Translations under genes and position numbers: made by a program
Notes under the pieces: generated by a model
What the model was told of the DNA's origin: nothing
The model's database searches: none
The model's input: only the letters and a program-made list of their open reading frames with translations
Shown: one piece after another, positions 30,228-38,053 of the stretch
How positions within the stretch are numbered: position 1 is the stretch's first letter
Layout: every line of letters begins with the position of its first letter
IMG/VR virus record: IMGVR_UViG_3300029986_000003
Length of the DNA stretch: 38,053 nt
Strand: one strand, 5' to 3'
From: a virus

Positions 30228-32365
30228 CAATACCCCTTCGCCATCCAGGAACATGACGCTCCGGCGGTTACCGTATTCGAGGACGAATAGAAGCCGGTAG
30301 GCGCGCTTACGCTTGGAGTAAGAATTCCACACGTGTACACGTTGTTCGGGCTGCCGCTTGGATTCGCGGCGCAGGTAGCCGCATTGCCGCCATCGCATCC
30401 GTTCGGACTAAAAACTACCTGAATACTCGAAAGCGTGGTGAATGCATGAGGGAAAGCCATGCTGAAGCTACCGCCATTCTGCCCTCCAAACGTGGGAGTT
30501 GATCCCCACTCGTCATAGCTTCCATCAGGGTTCTGCCGATAGCAATTACCGCCCACGCACACCGGGCCGCTATTGCTGCTACCTGCACCACTTGATCCTA
30601 CCGTTACCCAATATGAACCGTTGTACACGGCAGTAAGAGCGGTCGTAGCGCCTACACCAGTAGCCATCAGTGGCGGGTTTATCAGGTTGGAAGGCCACGC
30701 TACGGTGTATATGCTTGATCCGTACGGCGAGCCCGGAGTGTAACTGCTGGGTATATTTTGCTGCACAAATGAAGTGCTGGTTGTCAGATAATAATAGGCT
30801 TCTGCACCCGTCCCCGCCCCCAGATAGAACTTGTACTGCGTCACGCCCGCATACGCTGGGCAGGTCCAAGTGATTGAGTTCGTAGACCCTGAGCCTGTCG
30901 CCTGATACGCCTCCGCGCTCGGCAGGCTCTCTGTCACCCCGAACAGATAACTGCATTTTGCGTAATAGGTTGTCGTAGCCGGGAGACTGCCTCCAGTGGT
31001 AGAGGTTGTGACTGTCGGAGCGCTCGCTGGAGCCGTAGTTGTAGACGACCCCTGTATCAGTGCGATGGAAATCAACTGTCCAGTTGATCCGCCGATGATC
31101 GAGCTGGAAGTGACATTACCCCCTAGTGTCATCTGGAAAGCGCTGTAGCTCGCCGCGTTAAATGACGGGGCAGAAGTGAAACCGATGATATCCAGGTTCC
31201 CGGTCAGCGGAGTAGAGCTTGTCGAGGAGCTTGCAACCGTGTTCCAGTTTGTTCCGTTGTAAACCGTAATCAGCGAGTTGCACACTCCCGCGTTAGTCAC
31301 AAACTGGGGAGAATTTAGGACATTCGAAGGCCACACGAAGGTTCGCCCCCCGGTCGAGTCTTCGCATATGTCGAAGGTGGAAACCTGTCCAATGGTTCCG
31401 CCTGCAATTGTGCTACTTGTCGCGTTCCCTGTGAGCGTGAGCAGGAAATTCGAGTAGTTTGTTGCTGGAAATATCGGCGTAGACGTGAACGTTAGAGTAT
31501 CGAGATTGCCAAGAATCACCTGCTGGCTCTGCGAGATCGTGACCCAGTTGGAGCCATTATAGAAAGCAGTCACCACAGTGCAAGCATTCAGCGCAGAGTT
31601 TATCGTGGGTGCATTCGGGTACGTAGAAGGCCACGCAAACGTAAATCCGGTAGTTTGGCTGTTAACCACCTGACCGGTCCCGTTCTGGCAAATCTGAAAA
31701 GCTATCGTCTGGCCCGTAGTTGCTCCGGTGATTGTGCTGGATGCGACATTTCCGCTCAGCGTCATAGTGAAATAACCGTAACTGCTAGCAGCAAAGACGG
31801 GAGTCGAACTAAAGGTCACGGCCTGGAGCGCTGAGGCTACGCTGGTAAACGACCCTGATGCTGGCACAGAGGAGCCGATTGCAGAACTATTGATGCTCGA
31901 TCCTGTAATTACCGCACTGGAAATTGTTGTGCCTGAATCCGTGCCGCCGGTGATTGTAGGGTTGGTGATTGTCGCGCCGCTTATGGTCCCGTTCAGGAAC
32001 GCATCGCCGGGAATCTGATCAACCGTCCACTGGAGGCTTCCCGATGAGCAGTGATACCCACCAGCGCTGTAGGCGACAAACTTGTAGGAGTTCGCGCCAA
32101 GCCACATCACAGCGCTGCCGGTAGTATCGAGAATGACGGGGTTCGTGTTGGCTGTGCCGCCTGTGTAATCGGTGTAGGTCGCCTGCTGAGTGGTTGTGCC
32201 GCCTTGGTAGGTGTAGATGCATCCGCCCGAGAGTGGCTGGCCTGTCTGAGTGGTGAACGTGGCGCGCGGCGACCGGAAAGGCACCACAGGATTCTGAGAT
32301 ACAGCAGGGACAGAGCTCAGGAATAGTGCCAGCGTTCCGAGAAATGTGATAATACGGTTTTTCAT
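30227..32365 (-). CDS. Tail fibre (712 aa) with three ~95-aa internal repeats and a gp53-like C-terminal tip
   Basis: GQPLSGGCIYTYQGGTTTQQATYTDYTGGTANTNPVILDTTGSAVMWL (common fibre/spike N-domain). Repeats are at roughly aa 180-590. The protein ends ...SCSWMAKGY. The N-terminus looks like a signal peptide. Confidence 0.75.
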   Translation of the reverse strand: MKNRIITFLGTLALFLSSVPAVSQNPVVPFRSPRATFTTQTGQPLSGGCIYTYQGGTTTQQATYTDYTGGTANTNPVILDTTGSAVMWLGANSYKFVAYSAGGYHCSSGSLQWTVDQIPGDAFLNGTISGATITNPTITGGTDSGTTISSAVITGSSINSSAIGSSVPASGSFTSVASALQAVTFSSTPVFAASSYGYFTMTLSGNVASSTITGATTGQTIAFQICQNGTGQVVNSQTTGFTFAWPSTYPNAPTINSALNACTVVTAFYNGSNWVTISQSQQVILGNLDTLTFTSTPIFPATNYSNFLLTLTGNATSSTIAGGTIGQVSTFDICEDSTGGRTFVWPSNVLNSPQFVTNAGVCNSLITVYNGTNWNTVASSSTSSTPLTGNLDIIGFTSAPSFNAASYSAFQMTLGGNVTSSSIIGGSTGQLISIALIQGSSTTTAPASAPTVTTSTTGGSLPATTTYYAKCSYLFGVTESLPSAEAYQATGSGSTNSITWTCPAYAGVTQYKFYLGAGTGAEAYYYLTTSTSFVQQNIPSSYTPGSPYGSSIYTVAWPSNLINPPLMATGVGATTALTAVYNGSYWVTVGSSGAGSSNSGPVCVGGNCYRQNPDGSYDEWGSTPTFGGQNGGSFSMAFPHAFTTLSSIQVVFSPNGCDGGNAATCAANPSGSPNNVYTCGILTPSVSAPTGFYSSSNTVTAGASCSWMAKGY

Positions 32366-32556
32366 AGTCCTGCCTTTGCGTTTAGTGCGGCAACCTGTGC
32401 GACAAGGGCCGCAATCGCCGTCTGAGTGTCTGAAAGGTGTTTGTATCCGAACTCAGTGAGCCCGCTAGGAGGGGAAGGAATCTGACTCGCCTGCGAGTGA
32501 ACGAACGGAACCGCTGCGGATACCGGGGAGGGAACATTGATCGTCTGAGCCATCAT
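32362..32556 (-). CDS. Hypothetical small virion-module protein (64 aa)
   Basis: ATGA overlaps at both ends (with the nozzle gene stop and the fibre gene start). C-terminal helix TAIAALVAQVAALNAKAGL. Confidence 0.5.
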   Translation of the reverse strand: MMAQTINVPSPVSAAVPFVHSQASQIPSPPSGLTEFGYKHLSDTQTAIAALVAQVAALNAKAGL

Positions 32557-34223
32557 TGCACCTGTGCCATCTGCTTCTGTAGCCGCTGCATTGGCTGCTG
32601 GAAGCCTGTTCCTTCAATATAACCGTCGATTATGCGCCAAGGTACTGGGTCCGTGGCTACAATGTCGAATACGAAGTCTCGCGCCTGACCAAGCCGCCGC
32701 AGGATGACTCGTTTCCTAGTTTCACCATCCTGTCCACAGTCCAACAAGTGCTCCGGTCCGAACGTCTTTGACCCGTCGCGGGAGATGCTAACCGACAACT
32801 GCGGACCGCGATAGTAGGGAGGCTGTTGCCCTGCTGGCGTAAGTGATGCTGCAGAGAGCGATCCATCGGAATTATCCACCGATAGCGCATATCGACCTCC
32901 ACTTTGGTCATCAATTACCAGTTTACCCGCCTCTGAGACGCCAGTTTGCTCCATCGGCGGCGTCAGGCCAATGAGCGGTGGTTCTGGGCCCAAGCCTACC
33001 TCTAAATCGATCTGCAAACGGTCGAGGAACACGCGCTCGCGCTCAGCGGAGATGTGAGGAGAGCGCCGCCATCGGCGAATCGCGGTACCATTGTCCGTAA
33101 GGTTGGCAATATCCATCGAATAAATATTGCCTGAATTCCAGTCCCCTACAAGATGCTTTCCGAACGCGAATACATGGCAGGTTGAAAGGTGTGCGCTGTA
33201 TCCGGTAGGCCCAGTCTGCGACCAGAATCCGCGCTCGTGCCATTGCTGGCTAGATGCGTCATAAACCCAAGTAGCGCCAGCGCCTCCATTGGCCGAAGGG
33301 AAGCGCAGAACCCAAAACGTGTGGCCCTGGTCGCGGTACGTGTATCCCACCGCGTCCGAACCCTTCAACGGATATGATGCCCAAGCAGTCTCAACGGCGA
33401 AATTTGATACCCGCGTTGGGGTGTAACCGTTCGCGCGCCAAGCAATATCGCCCATGCCATCTCGTCCGCCGAGCCAGAAAACAGTGTTATCCATCACGAC
33501 AGGCGATAGTGGCGCTCCGCAGCCTTCCTCCATGTAGGCTCCTGAAATGGGGCTGAACGGCGTGTACTGGCTGGCTACGGAGTTGTAGTAGACCTGCGAG
33601 TGACCATCCTGCCCTAGAACAAAGAGAAAGTTGTATGCGGAGACAATGGAGGCGATATTCTCTGGAAACGTCTCGTTCTGCTGGACGCCGAGCGCATTCC
33701 ACGTGGAACCATCGAGCAGGTTCGACACCTGAAACTTGTTCGTTCCGGCCAGCAAAGCCACGAAATAACTATGGCAAAACACCACGGATGCGGGAATTCC
33801 CTGCAAAGAGCTTACCTGCGTGAACGTACCTTTGGGGATGTTCCCGATTGCGTCCAGCGTGTAGATGAATAGCTTACCATCGGAGCAGATGAGCACTTGA
33901 TTGCCGAGCGTGCCATTCGTCGCCATCGTGACCGGCTGAAGATTATTACCCACGGTGTCGATCATCGTCGGGGAACCTGCAGCATTCATCTCGTAGAACT
34001 TCGCGCCCCCCACGGCAAACATGCGCCCGTTAATCTCGATCTCACCGCGTACGGGCTTGTCGATTGTTCCCCATGCTGCCAGTCCGGGCGTAGGATAGAG
34101 CGCCATCGAAGACGCCGCCATCTGGCTTTCGATGTTTTCCTGGTACCAGTTCATCGTCCGCTGGCAGTCCGCGATAGTCGACTGGCTCTGGTACGAGGAG
34201 CCGATGAGGCCAAATCTCGCCAT
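32553..34223 (-). CDS. P22 gp10-like tail hub / DNA-stabilisation (nozzle) protein (556 aa)
   Basis: MARFGLIGSSYQSQSTIADCQRTMNWYQENIES...LYPTPGLAAW...VRGEIEINGRMFAVGG and C-terminal LSVSISRDGSKTFGPE...RLGQARDFVFDI match the Phage_stabilise-type pattern. Confidence 0.7.
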   Translation of the reverse strand: MARFGLIGSSYQSQSTIADCQRTMNWYQENIESQMAASSMALYPTPGLAAWGTIDKPVRGEIEINGRMFAVGGAKFYEMNAAGSPTMIDTVGNNLQPVTMATNGTLGNQVLICSDGKLFIYTLDAIGNIPKGTFTQVSSLQGIPASVVFCHSYFVALLAGTNKFQVSNLLDGSTWNALGVQQNETFPENIASIVSAYNFLFVLGQDGHSQVYYNSVASQYTPFSPISGAYMEEGCGAPLSPVVMDNTVFWLGGRDGMGDIAWRANGYTPTRVSNFAVETAWASYPLKGSDAVGYTYRDQGHTFWVLRFPSANGGAGATWVYDASSQQWHERGFWSQTGPTGYSAHLSTCHVFAFGKHLVGDWNSGNIYSMDIANLTDNGTAIRRWRRSPHISAERERVFLDRLQIDLEVGLGPEPPLIGLTPPMEQTGVSEAGKLVIDDQSGGRYALSVDNSDGSLSAASLTPAGQQPPYYRGPQLSVSISRDGSKTFGPEHLLDCGQDGETRKRVILRRLGQARDFVFDIVATDPVPWRIIDGYIEGTGFQQPMQRLQKQMAQVQ

Positions 34224-34688
34224 TTATCCGACGACCTCCACGTTTTTCTTGAGCAATTCTACGGTGTTCTGGAATGCGCGCACGAGAACTTCAGGGTCGA
34301 TATTGAGCGGATAAACAGAACCAGAACGAGCCATGCCGGCCATGACGCAATCTGAAATCATGTCCAAAACGTCGATCAGGTTCACATCGGCGGGAACGCC
34401 GTCTGCCTCGAGCAGATGGTGACGGTTGACCTTGCGGTGATTGTCCCACCATGAATGCTCCTTGAAGCCGGTCAAGAAGTCGCGATGGAATCCATCGATA
34501 TCGCTGATCTTGTCGTGGTCGTGCGCATCCCGCGATCTCTGCATTTTCTCGATAAAGAACTCAAGAGCGAATCGCACGTCCTCAATGTGCTGGAAACTAC
34601 TGGATAGCAAAGTGTCTTTGCTTGTGTTTGCAAAGTCGCAGGTGCGTGTATCAGCCGTGGGGCTTTTCTTGATCTGGATCATTTTCAT
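34224..34688 (-). CDS. HD-motif protein, DUF5662-like (154 aa)
   Basis: FQHIEDVRFALEFFIEKMQRSRDAHDHDKISD...WWDNHRKVNRHHL...VNLIDVLDMISDCVMAG. The order H..V, HD.DK, W..H...N.HH, D(M)I.D recalls DUF5662 (from memory). Confidence 0.5.
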   Translation of the reverse strand: MKMIQIKKSPTADTRTCDFANTSKDTLLSSSFQHIEDVRFALEFFIEKMQRSRDAHDHDKISDIDGFHRDFLTGFKEHSWWDNHRKVNRHHLLEADGVPADVNLIDVLDMISDCVMAGMARSGSVYPLNIDPEVLVRAFQNTVELLKKNVEVVG

Positions 34689-34701
34689 ATAGCTCCAATC
34701 G

Positions 34702-35553
34702 TTAGTACGGTATCCCGAACATATCCGCTTTCCATTGGTAACCGGCAGGGTTGGTTTGAAGGTCAGAAATCAGGTTCAAATCAGGCGCATTCTGCGTCTT
34801 GACCATTGCAAGCGACTCCACAGCTATTTTCGCAACTGCGGGGTGGATCTGCGCTCCGAATTGCGGAGCCAACTCCAGGGCGAGATTGTAGACGAAGGCC
34901 CGCGCATACCCCGGCGGGAAATTGAGGATGGTTTGCAGCGTGGCCGGCCAGACGAGCGACTGCCAGGCGTAAATGCGCACATTGTTTGGCTGTGAGTTGG
35001 GGATGGGCCAGAAAGACAGCGTGCGTAGCGGTGCGCCGCCATCGTCATAGCAGACCAGCGGGAATGTGCCCGGGACGTTCTTTACCGGAACCTGCGTCTG
35101 CCACTGGGTCATGGTGTACAGGTCAATCGGAACCTCAACTGGGTTCGTCGGATTATTGAGCAGGATCGCGCTCATTCCCACGATCTGCGAGGGGCGCGTT
35201 GCGTTGAAATCTCCACCCGGCCCCAAAGTGTACGCTTGCTTGCCGAGCGACAGCGGATAGTCTGAGGCGCTCATGGTGAAGATGGATAGGCTGTCTGCGT
35301 TCCACGAGTCCACCATCCACTGAAACGCCATCAGCGCATCGTTTGCCTCGTCGCTGGTGGGCAGCTCGCCAGAGGCTACCACATTGATCAGGCGCATCGC
35401 CGCAGTGATGAGCGAAAGCGTCGTGAAGAAGATGGAGTTGTCGGCGGTTGTCGGCGTCAGGTTGGATACCGGATTGGTCAGCAGCGATCCGCTCGCCGCG
35501 TCCACCGATAGCGAATACTGGTTGCCGGATTGGTCCGTGAGAATCAGCGCCAT
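34702..35553 (-). CDS. Head-to-tail adaptor (P22 gp4-like position and pattern) (283 aa)
   Basis: ...ANDALMAFQWMVDSWNADSL...YTLGPGGDFNATRPSQIVGMSA...LSFWPIPNS...IYAWQSL...PPGYARAFVYNLALELAPQFG is typical of podovirus adaptor proteins. Confidence 0.6.
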   Translation of the reverse strand: MALILTDQSGNQYSLSVDAASGSLLTNPVSNLTPTTADNSIFFTTLSLITAAMRLINVVASGELPTSDEANDALMAFQWMVDSWNADSLSIFTMSASDYPLSLGKQAYTLGPGGDFNATRPSQIVGMSAILLNNPTNPVEVPIDLYTMTQWQTQVPVKNVPGTFPLVCYDDGGAPLRTLSFWPIPNSQPNNVRIYAWQSLVWPATLQTILNFPPGYARAFVYNLALELAPQFGAQIHPAVAKIAVESLAMVKTQNAPDLNLISDLQTNPAGYQWKADMFGIPY

Positions 35554-35726
35554 TATGCGACCTTTCGGGGACGGCCGGGACCGCGCTTCTCGGGGATCGG
35601 CTGAACCTGTGGAGCTTCCGATGCCAGCGCCTCAATCAGAATCGACAACTGAAGCGCGATTATCTTGAGCCAAGCGTTTGTGCTGAGATCGGTCGGTGCG
35701 ATGAGTTGGATTTCCTTGCTTGTCAT
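35553..35726 (-). CDS. Unlisted 57-aa ORF with a C-terminal AT-hook-like motif
   Basis: The ATG at 35726 overlaps the GT stop (ATGA), and its TAA shares one nt with the adaptor ATG (TAATG). MTSKEIQLIAPTDLSTNAWLKIIALQLSILIEALASEAPQVQPIPEKRGPGRPRKVA. Confidence 0.5.
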   Translation of the reverse strand: MTSKEIQLIAPTDLSTNAWLKIIALQLSILIEALASEAPQVQPIPEKRGPGRPRKVA

Positions 35727-36427
35727 TTTGCCTTGCTCCCCCCAGGTTGGCGCATAAGAAATTCATGCAAATTGCCTGGATAAACCTTGTCGGCGGCGTG
35801 GTGGTCGATGTTCAGGTCAGGAACCAGCCAGATATCGCCGCATTTTTCCTTCCACCGCTGCGCAAATGAGTAATCCTCTCCCCACCATATACGATCCCTT
35901 GCCCCATGATTGAATAAATCCACCGTAGGACTGTATCTCGGCCCATAGCTCAGTTCAGGATATTCGCCCATGAACTTGTCGACGGCCTCTTTGGTGATCT
36001 TGAGGAAACCTGCGGGAATGAGAGTCGCGCTGATTGCGCCGTCAGATTCACGAATCTTTGGGGTCCAATCTGGATTCATATCCCAATTGCCCATATAGCG
36101 CTCAGGCTCCGCTTCGTTTTCCTCTTTGAAACGATAAGTTCCTGATACCACATCGCCCTTAGTTTCAATCAGATTCAAGAGGTCAGGCGCATCCCATGAA
36201 AGATCGTAATCAAGAAACACAATCACATCGGCCTTGGCATCTAGTGCCATGCGCAGCATATCTGCACGAGCGCAGGAGATATACGGGCACCCTACTTTCT
36301 GCGCGTATCCCTCATCCCATCCAGCCGCGACGATAAGAGGGAGCGAGGCTTTCAGCGACTCAATGTAAGGCGCTGTCGGCCCCGCTATACTCGGCGTTGC
36401 GAATACGACTTTTTTCTTGCCCGTCAT
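35723..36427 (-). CDS. GT-A-fold glycosyltransferase (234 aa)
   Basis: VVFATPS...YIESL...ISCARADMLRMAL...ADVIVFLDYDLSW (DxD)...VVSGTY...GEDYSFAQRWKEKCGDIWLVPDLNIDHH is a typical GT2-like layout. Confidence 0.65.
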   Translation of the reverse strand: MTGKKKVVFATPSIAGPTAPYIESLKASLPLIVAAGWDEGYAQKVGCPYISCARADMLRMALDAKADVIVFLDYDLSWDAPDLLNLIETKGDVVSGTYRFKEENEAEPERYMGNWDMNPDWTPKIRESDGAISATLIPAGFLKITKEAVDKFMGEYPELSYGPRYSPTVDLFNHGARDRIWWGEDYSFAQRWKEKCGDIWLVPDLNIDHHAADKVYPGNLHEFLMRQPGGSKAK

Positions 36428-36667
36428 TTAGTGGGCGGCCCAGATTCCAAGTGCCTGAAGGGTTGCGTTCACCTCGGCCATCCATGCGCCCAAATTGGAG
36501 GCAATGGTGGCATTGGACGATACGGAGATGAGCGTGCTTGCATTCCCCGCGATGCTGGCGCGTTGCGCTACGGGCGTTGCCCCGTAGAAGCTGATGGTAT
36601 CGGTAGAGGACTGTCCGAGGGCGGTTCCGCTGCCGTTATTGTCGCTGAGCTGCTTTCCTGCTGCCAT
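36428..36667 (-). CDS. Small capsid-accessory-type protein (79 aa)
   Basis: AAGGAGA SD before the ATG at 36667. GTALGQSSTDTISFYGATPVAQRAS...EVNATLQALGIW resembles small proteins commonly encoded just after capsid genes. Contains three N-x-S/T sites. Confidence 0.55.
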   Translation of the reverse strand: MAAGKQLSDNNGSGTALGQSSTDTISFYGATPVAQRASIAGNASTLISVSSNATIASNLGAWMAEVNATLQALGIWAAH

Positions 36668-36681
36668 GATGATTCTCCTTA

Positions 36682-37329
36682 TCAGTCTACGTGCTTCCAC
36701 GATTTACGACTAACGATACATGAGATGGTGGACTGCTTGAGACCATATTTCATCCCTAGTTGCTTCTGCGTCTCCGTGCTGGAGCGGATTTCACGGACTT
36801 GTTCTTCGCTTAGTTTCGTGGACCAGTGAGATGTTCCCTTATGTACCCAACCTCTACCCTTTGTCCACTTATCTCGCTGATTTTCAGCAGCGTTTCCAAG
36901 AGACAGATGGTCTGGGTTAACACATTTTGGGTTATCGCAAGAATGCAGAATCTCCATGCCGGGAGCAATAGTGCGGTTATTGTGAAAGGACCACGAGAAG
37001 CGGTGCGCCCTTCGTAATACCGTTCCTAAAACCTCTCCCATAAAGACTCCATACCCGTCTGCGTCCACTCCACCCTGCCAGTCCCAGCAAGCGTCTGTCT
37101 TAATGACTCGCTTGAAGAATCTGACCTCGGCCGGAAGTCCACGATACGACCCTGATGGATTTGCCAGCCATAGCGGAGAACCATACTTCCGTAAACGCCG
37201 CCAGTGCTTGTTGCAGAAACCCGCCGCCAATTCCGGAAGGTCACAACCCTTGATGGAACAAAGTCCGCCAAAGAATTCCACTCGATTCCCCGCTGGTGTC
37301 ATGTTCATATTGACATGATACACCAGCAA
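36682..37329 (-). CDS. HNH endonuclease with a C-terminal HTH (about 205-215 aa, start uncertain)
   Basis: CWDWQGGVDADGYGVF...RRAHRFSWSFHNN..IAPGMEILHSCDNPKCVNPDHLSLGNAAENQRD...LSEEQVREIR...QLGMKYGLKQSTISCIVSRKSWKHV. Candidate starts are TTG 37329, GTG 37323, ATG 37308 and ATG 37302; none has a clear SD. Confidence 0.8.
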   Translation of the reverse strand: MLVYHVNMNMTPAGNRVEFFGGLCSIKGCDLPELAAGFCNKHWRRLRKYGSPLWLANPSGSYRGLPAEVRFFKRVIKTDACWDWQGGVDADGYGVFMGEVLGTVLRRAHRFSWSFHNNRTIAPGMEILHSCDNPKCVNPDHLSLGNAAENQRDKWTKGRGWVHKGTSHWSTKLSEEQVREIRSSTETQKQLGMKYGLKQSTISCIVSRKSWKHVD

Positions 37330-37346
37330 GGAATGGAGGTAAACCG

Positions 37347-38053
37347 TTACTGTGCAATAACTCTCACAGCAAGCTGGGGACGGATGGTTCGATATCCGTA
37401 CAAAACATCAATCCTGCACGGGATTTTGTCGTTCGTGATGTCGTACTGCCGAGCGATGCGCATGGAAATGCCGTCCATGACCTCGCGCGCGCCCCATGCG
37501 CCGAACTTCGATACGTCGATCAGATCGGCGGTGACGAAGGCGAACGCTTCCGGGTGGAAGAGGATCGACTGGTTGTAGAGGGCAGAAGCGCCGCCGCCAA
37601 CCTTGACGACCGCAAGGCCGGAGGTCAGCGTGCCGGTCACGTTCTGCGTGGCTCCAGAGCTTACCGGAGTAGGGGAGATGGTGGCCGCGCCGGCCCCGGC
37701 TACGGCAGCGGTGAACACGAACTGCTGCAGGTATCCGAGATTGGCCTTGGTTTCAGGGTGGACGGCGTAAATGCCGGCGAATGTGACGATATCGCCAGCC
37801 GTGAATGTAGCTGAACCCGCGGCGAGTGTCGCCGTGGCGCTGCCGCTTGCCAATGTTGCGGTGTAGCCGGTGGCGGCCGCCGCCGTGCCGCTCTGGAAGT
37901 TGGGGATGATCGTGTTCTCGTAGGTGTTCATCCCGCTCACCTTGCCGATTTTTCCGGTAAGGTACGGACGCGAAATGCTTTCCTGCGGGTTGAACAGTCC
38001 CTTGATCCCGTCGAGGAAGCTGGGCACATGCTGCGAAGTCAGAATGCCTACCC
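37347..38053 (-). CDS. Major capsid protein, 3' part (37927..38053 duplicates 1..127)
   Basis: Same frame as 620->1. ...GMNTYENTIIPNFQSGTAAAATGYTATLASG...GAREVMDGISMRIARQYDITNDKIPCRIDVLYGYRTIRPQLAVRVIAQ, with the stop at 37347. Confidence 0.85.
   Translation of the reverse strand, partial: VGILTSQHVPSFLDGIKGLFNPQESISRPYLTGKIGKVSGMNTYENTIIPNFQSGTAAAATGYTATLASGSATATLAAGSATFTAGDIVTFAGIYAVHPETKANLGYLQQFVFTAAVAGAGAATISPTPVSSGATQNVTGTLTSGLAVVKVGGGASALYNQSILFHPEAFAFVTADLIDVSKFGAWGAREVMDGISMRIARQYDITNDKIPCRIDVLYGYRTIRPQLAVRVIAQ
37927..38053. repeat. Exact copy of 1..127 (terminal overlap)
   Basis: See feature 1..127. Confidence 0.97.

Noticed and set aside
22969-32365. Diversity-generating retroelement targeting the fibre tip, considered because the connector genes resemble those of BPP-1-like phages
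   Set aside because: There is no reverse transcriptase ORF anywhere in the genome, and I could not find a template/variable repeat pair matching the fibre or tailspike 3' ends.

Overview
The window is a complete, circularly closed dsDNA phage genome. Its first 127 bp are identical to its last 127 bp, so the unique length is 37,926 bp and the major capsid gene is split across the window ends. Two opposed transcription blocks are visible. A minus-strand late block runs 9873 -> 1, wraps, and continues 37926 -> 22450. In order it carries: lysis cassette, terS, terL, five small ORFs, portal, scaffold, P22-coat-like capsid, HNH, small capsid-accessory ORF, glycosyltransferase, adaptor, HD-like protein, gp10-like nozzle, fibre, GNAT, cupin-like protein, three large internal/ejection-type proteins, beta-helix tailspike, and a membrane protein. 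A plus-strand early/replication block (11384..22230) carries many small ORFs, Erf annealase, a long coiled-coil protein, YqaJ exonuclease, HNH-AP2, RusA, a Gly/Tyr repeat ORF, a replisome organiser with embedded iterons, and a DnaB helicase. I found no tape-measure, sheath or tube genes, and P22 gp4/gp10-like connector genes are present, so I infer a podovirus. I recognised no integrase, repressor, tRNA, CRISPR array or reverse transcriptase. The points most worth follow-up are these. (1) A perfectly periodic (GGC-NNN)35 ORF encodes an acidic [G-S/Y/D]n protein. (2) Both receptor-binding proteins have Sec-type signal-peptide-like N-termini. (3) Enzyme genes (GT-A glycosyltransferase, HD-like, GNAT plus cupin-like) are interleaved into the virion module; the glycosyltransferase sits next to a small N-x-S/T-rich capsid-accessory ORF. 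(4) Four homing-endonuclease-like genes are present, two of them antisense in the late operon. (5) A family of conserved palindromic intergenic elements occurs in the early block, next to a 1-kb ORF-poor control region. (6) Phased iterons plus (CAGAA)7 lie inside the initiator gene. (7) The lysis cassette has no recognisable lipoprotein spanin. (8) Several translationally coupled ORFs of 30-58 aa fall below the cutoff of the supplied ORF track. All family assignments come from reading motifs by eye and need HMM or structure searches.
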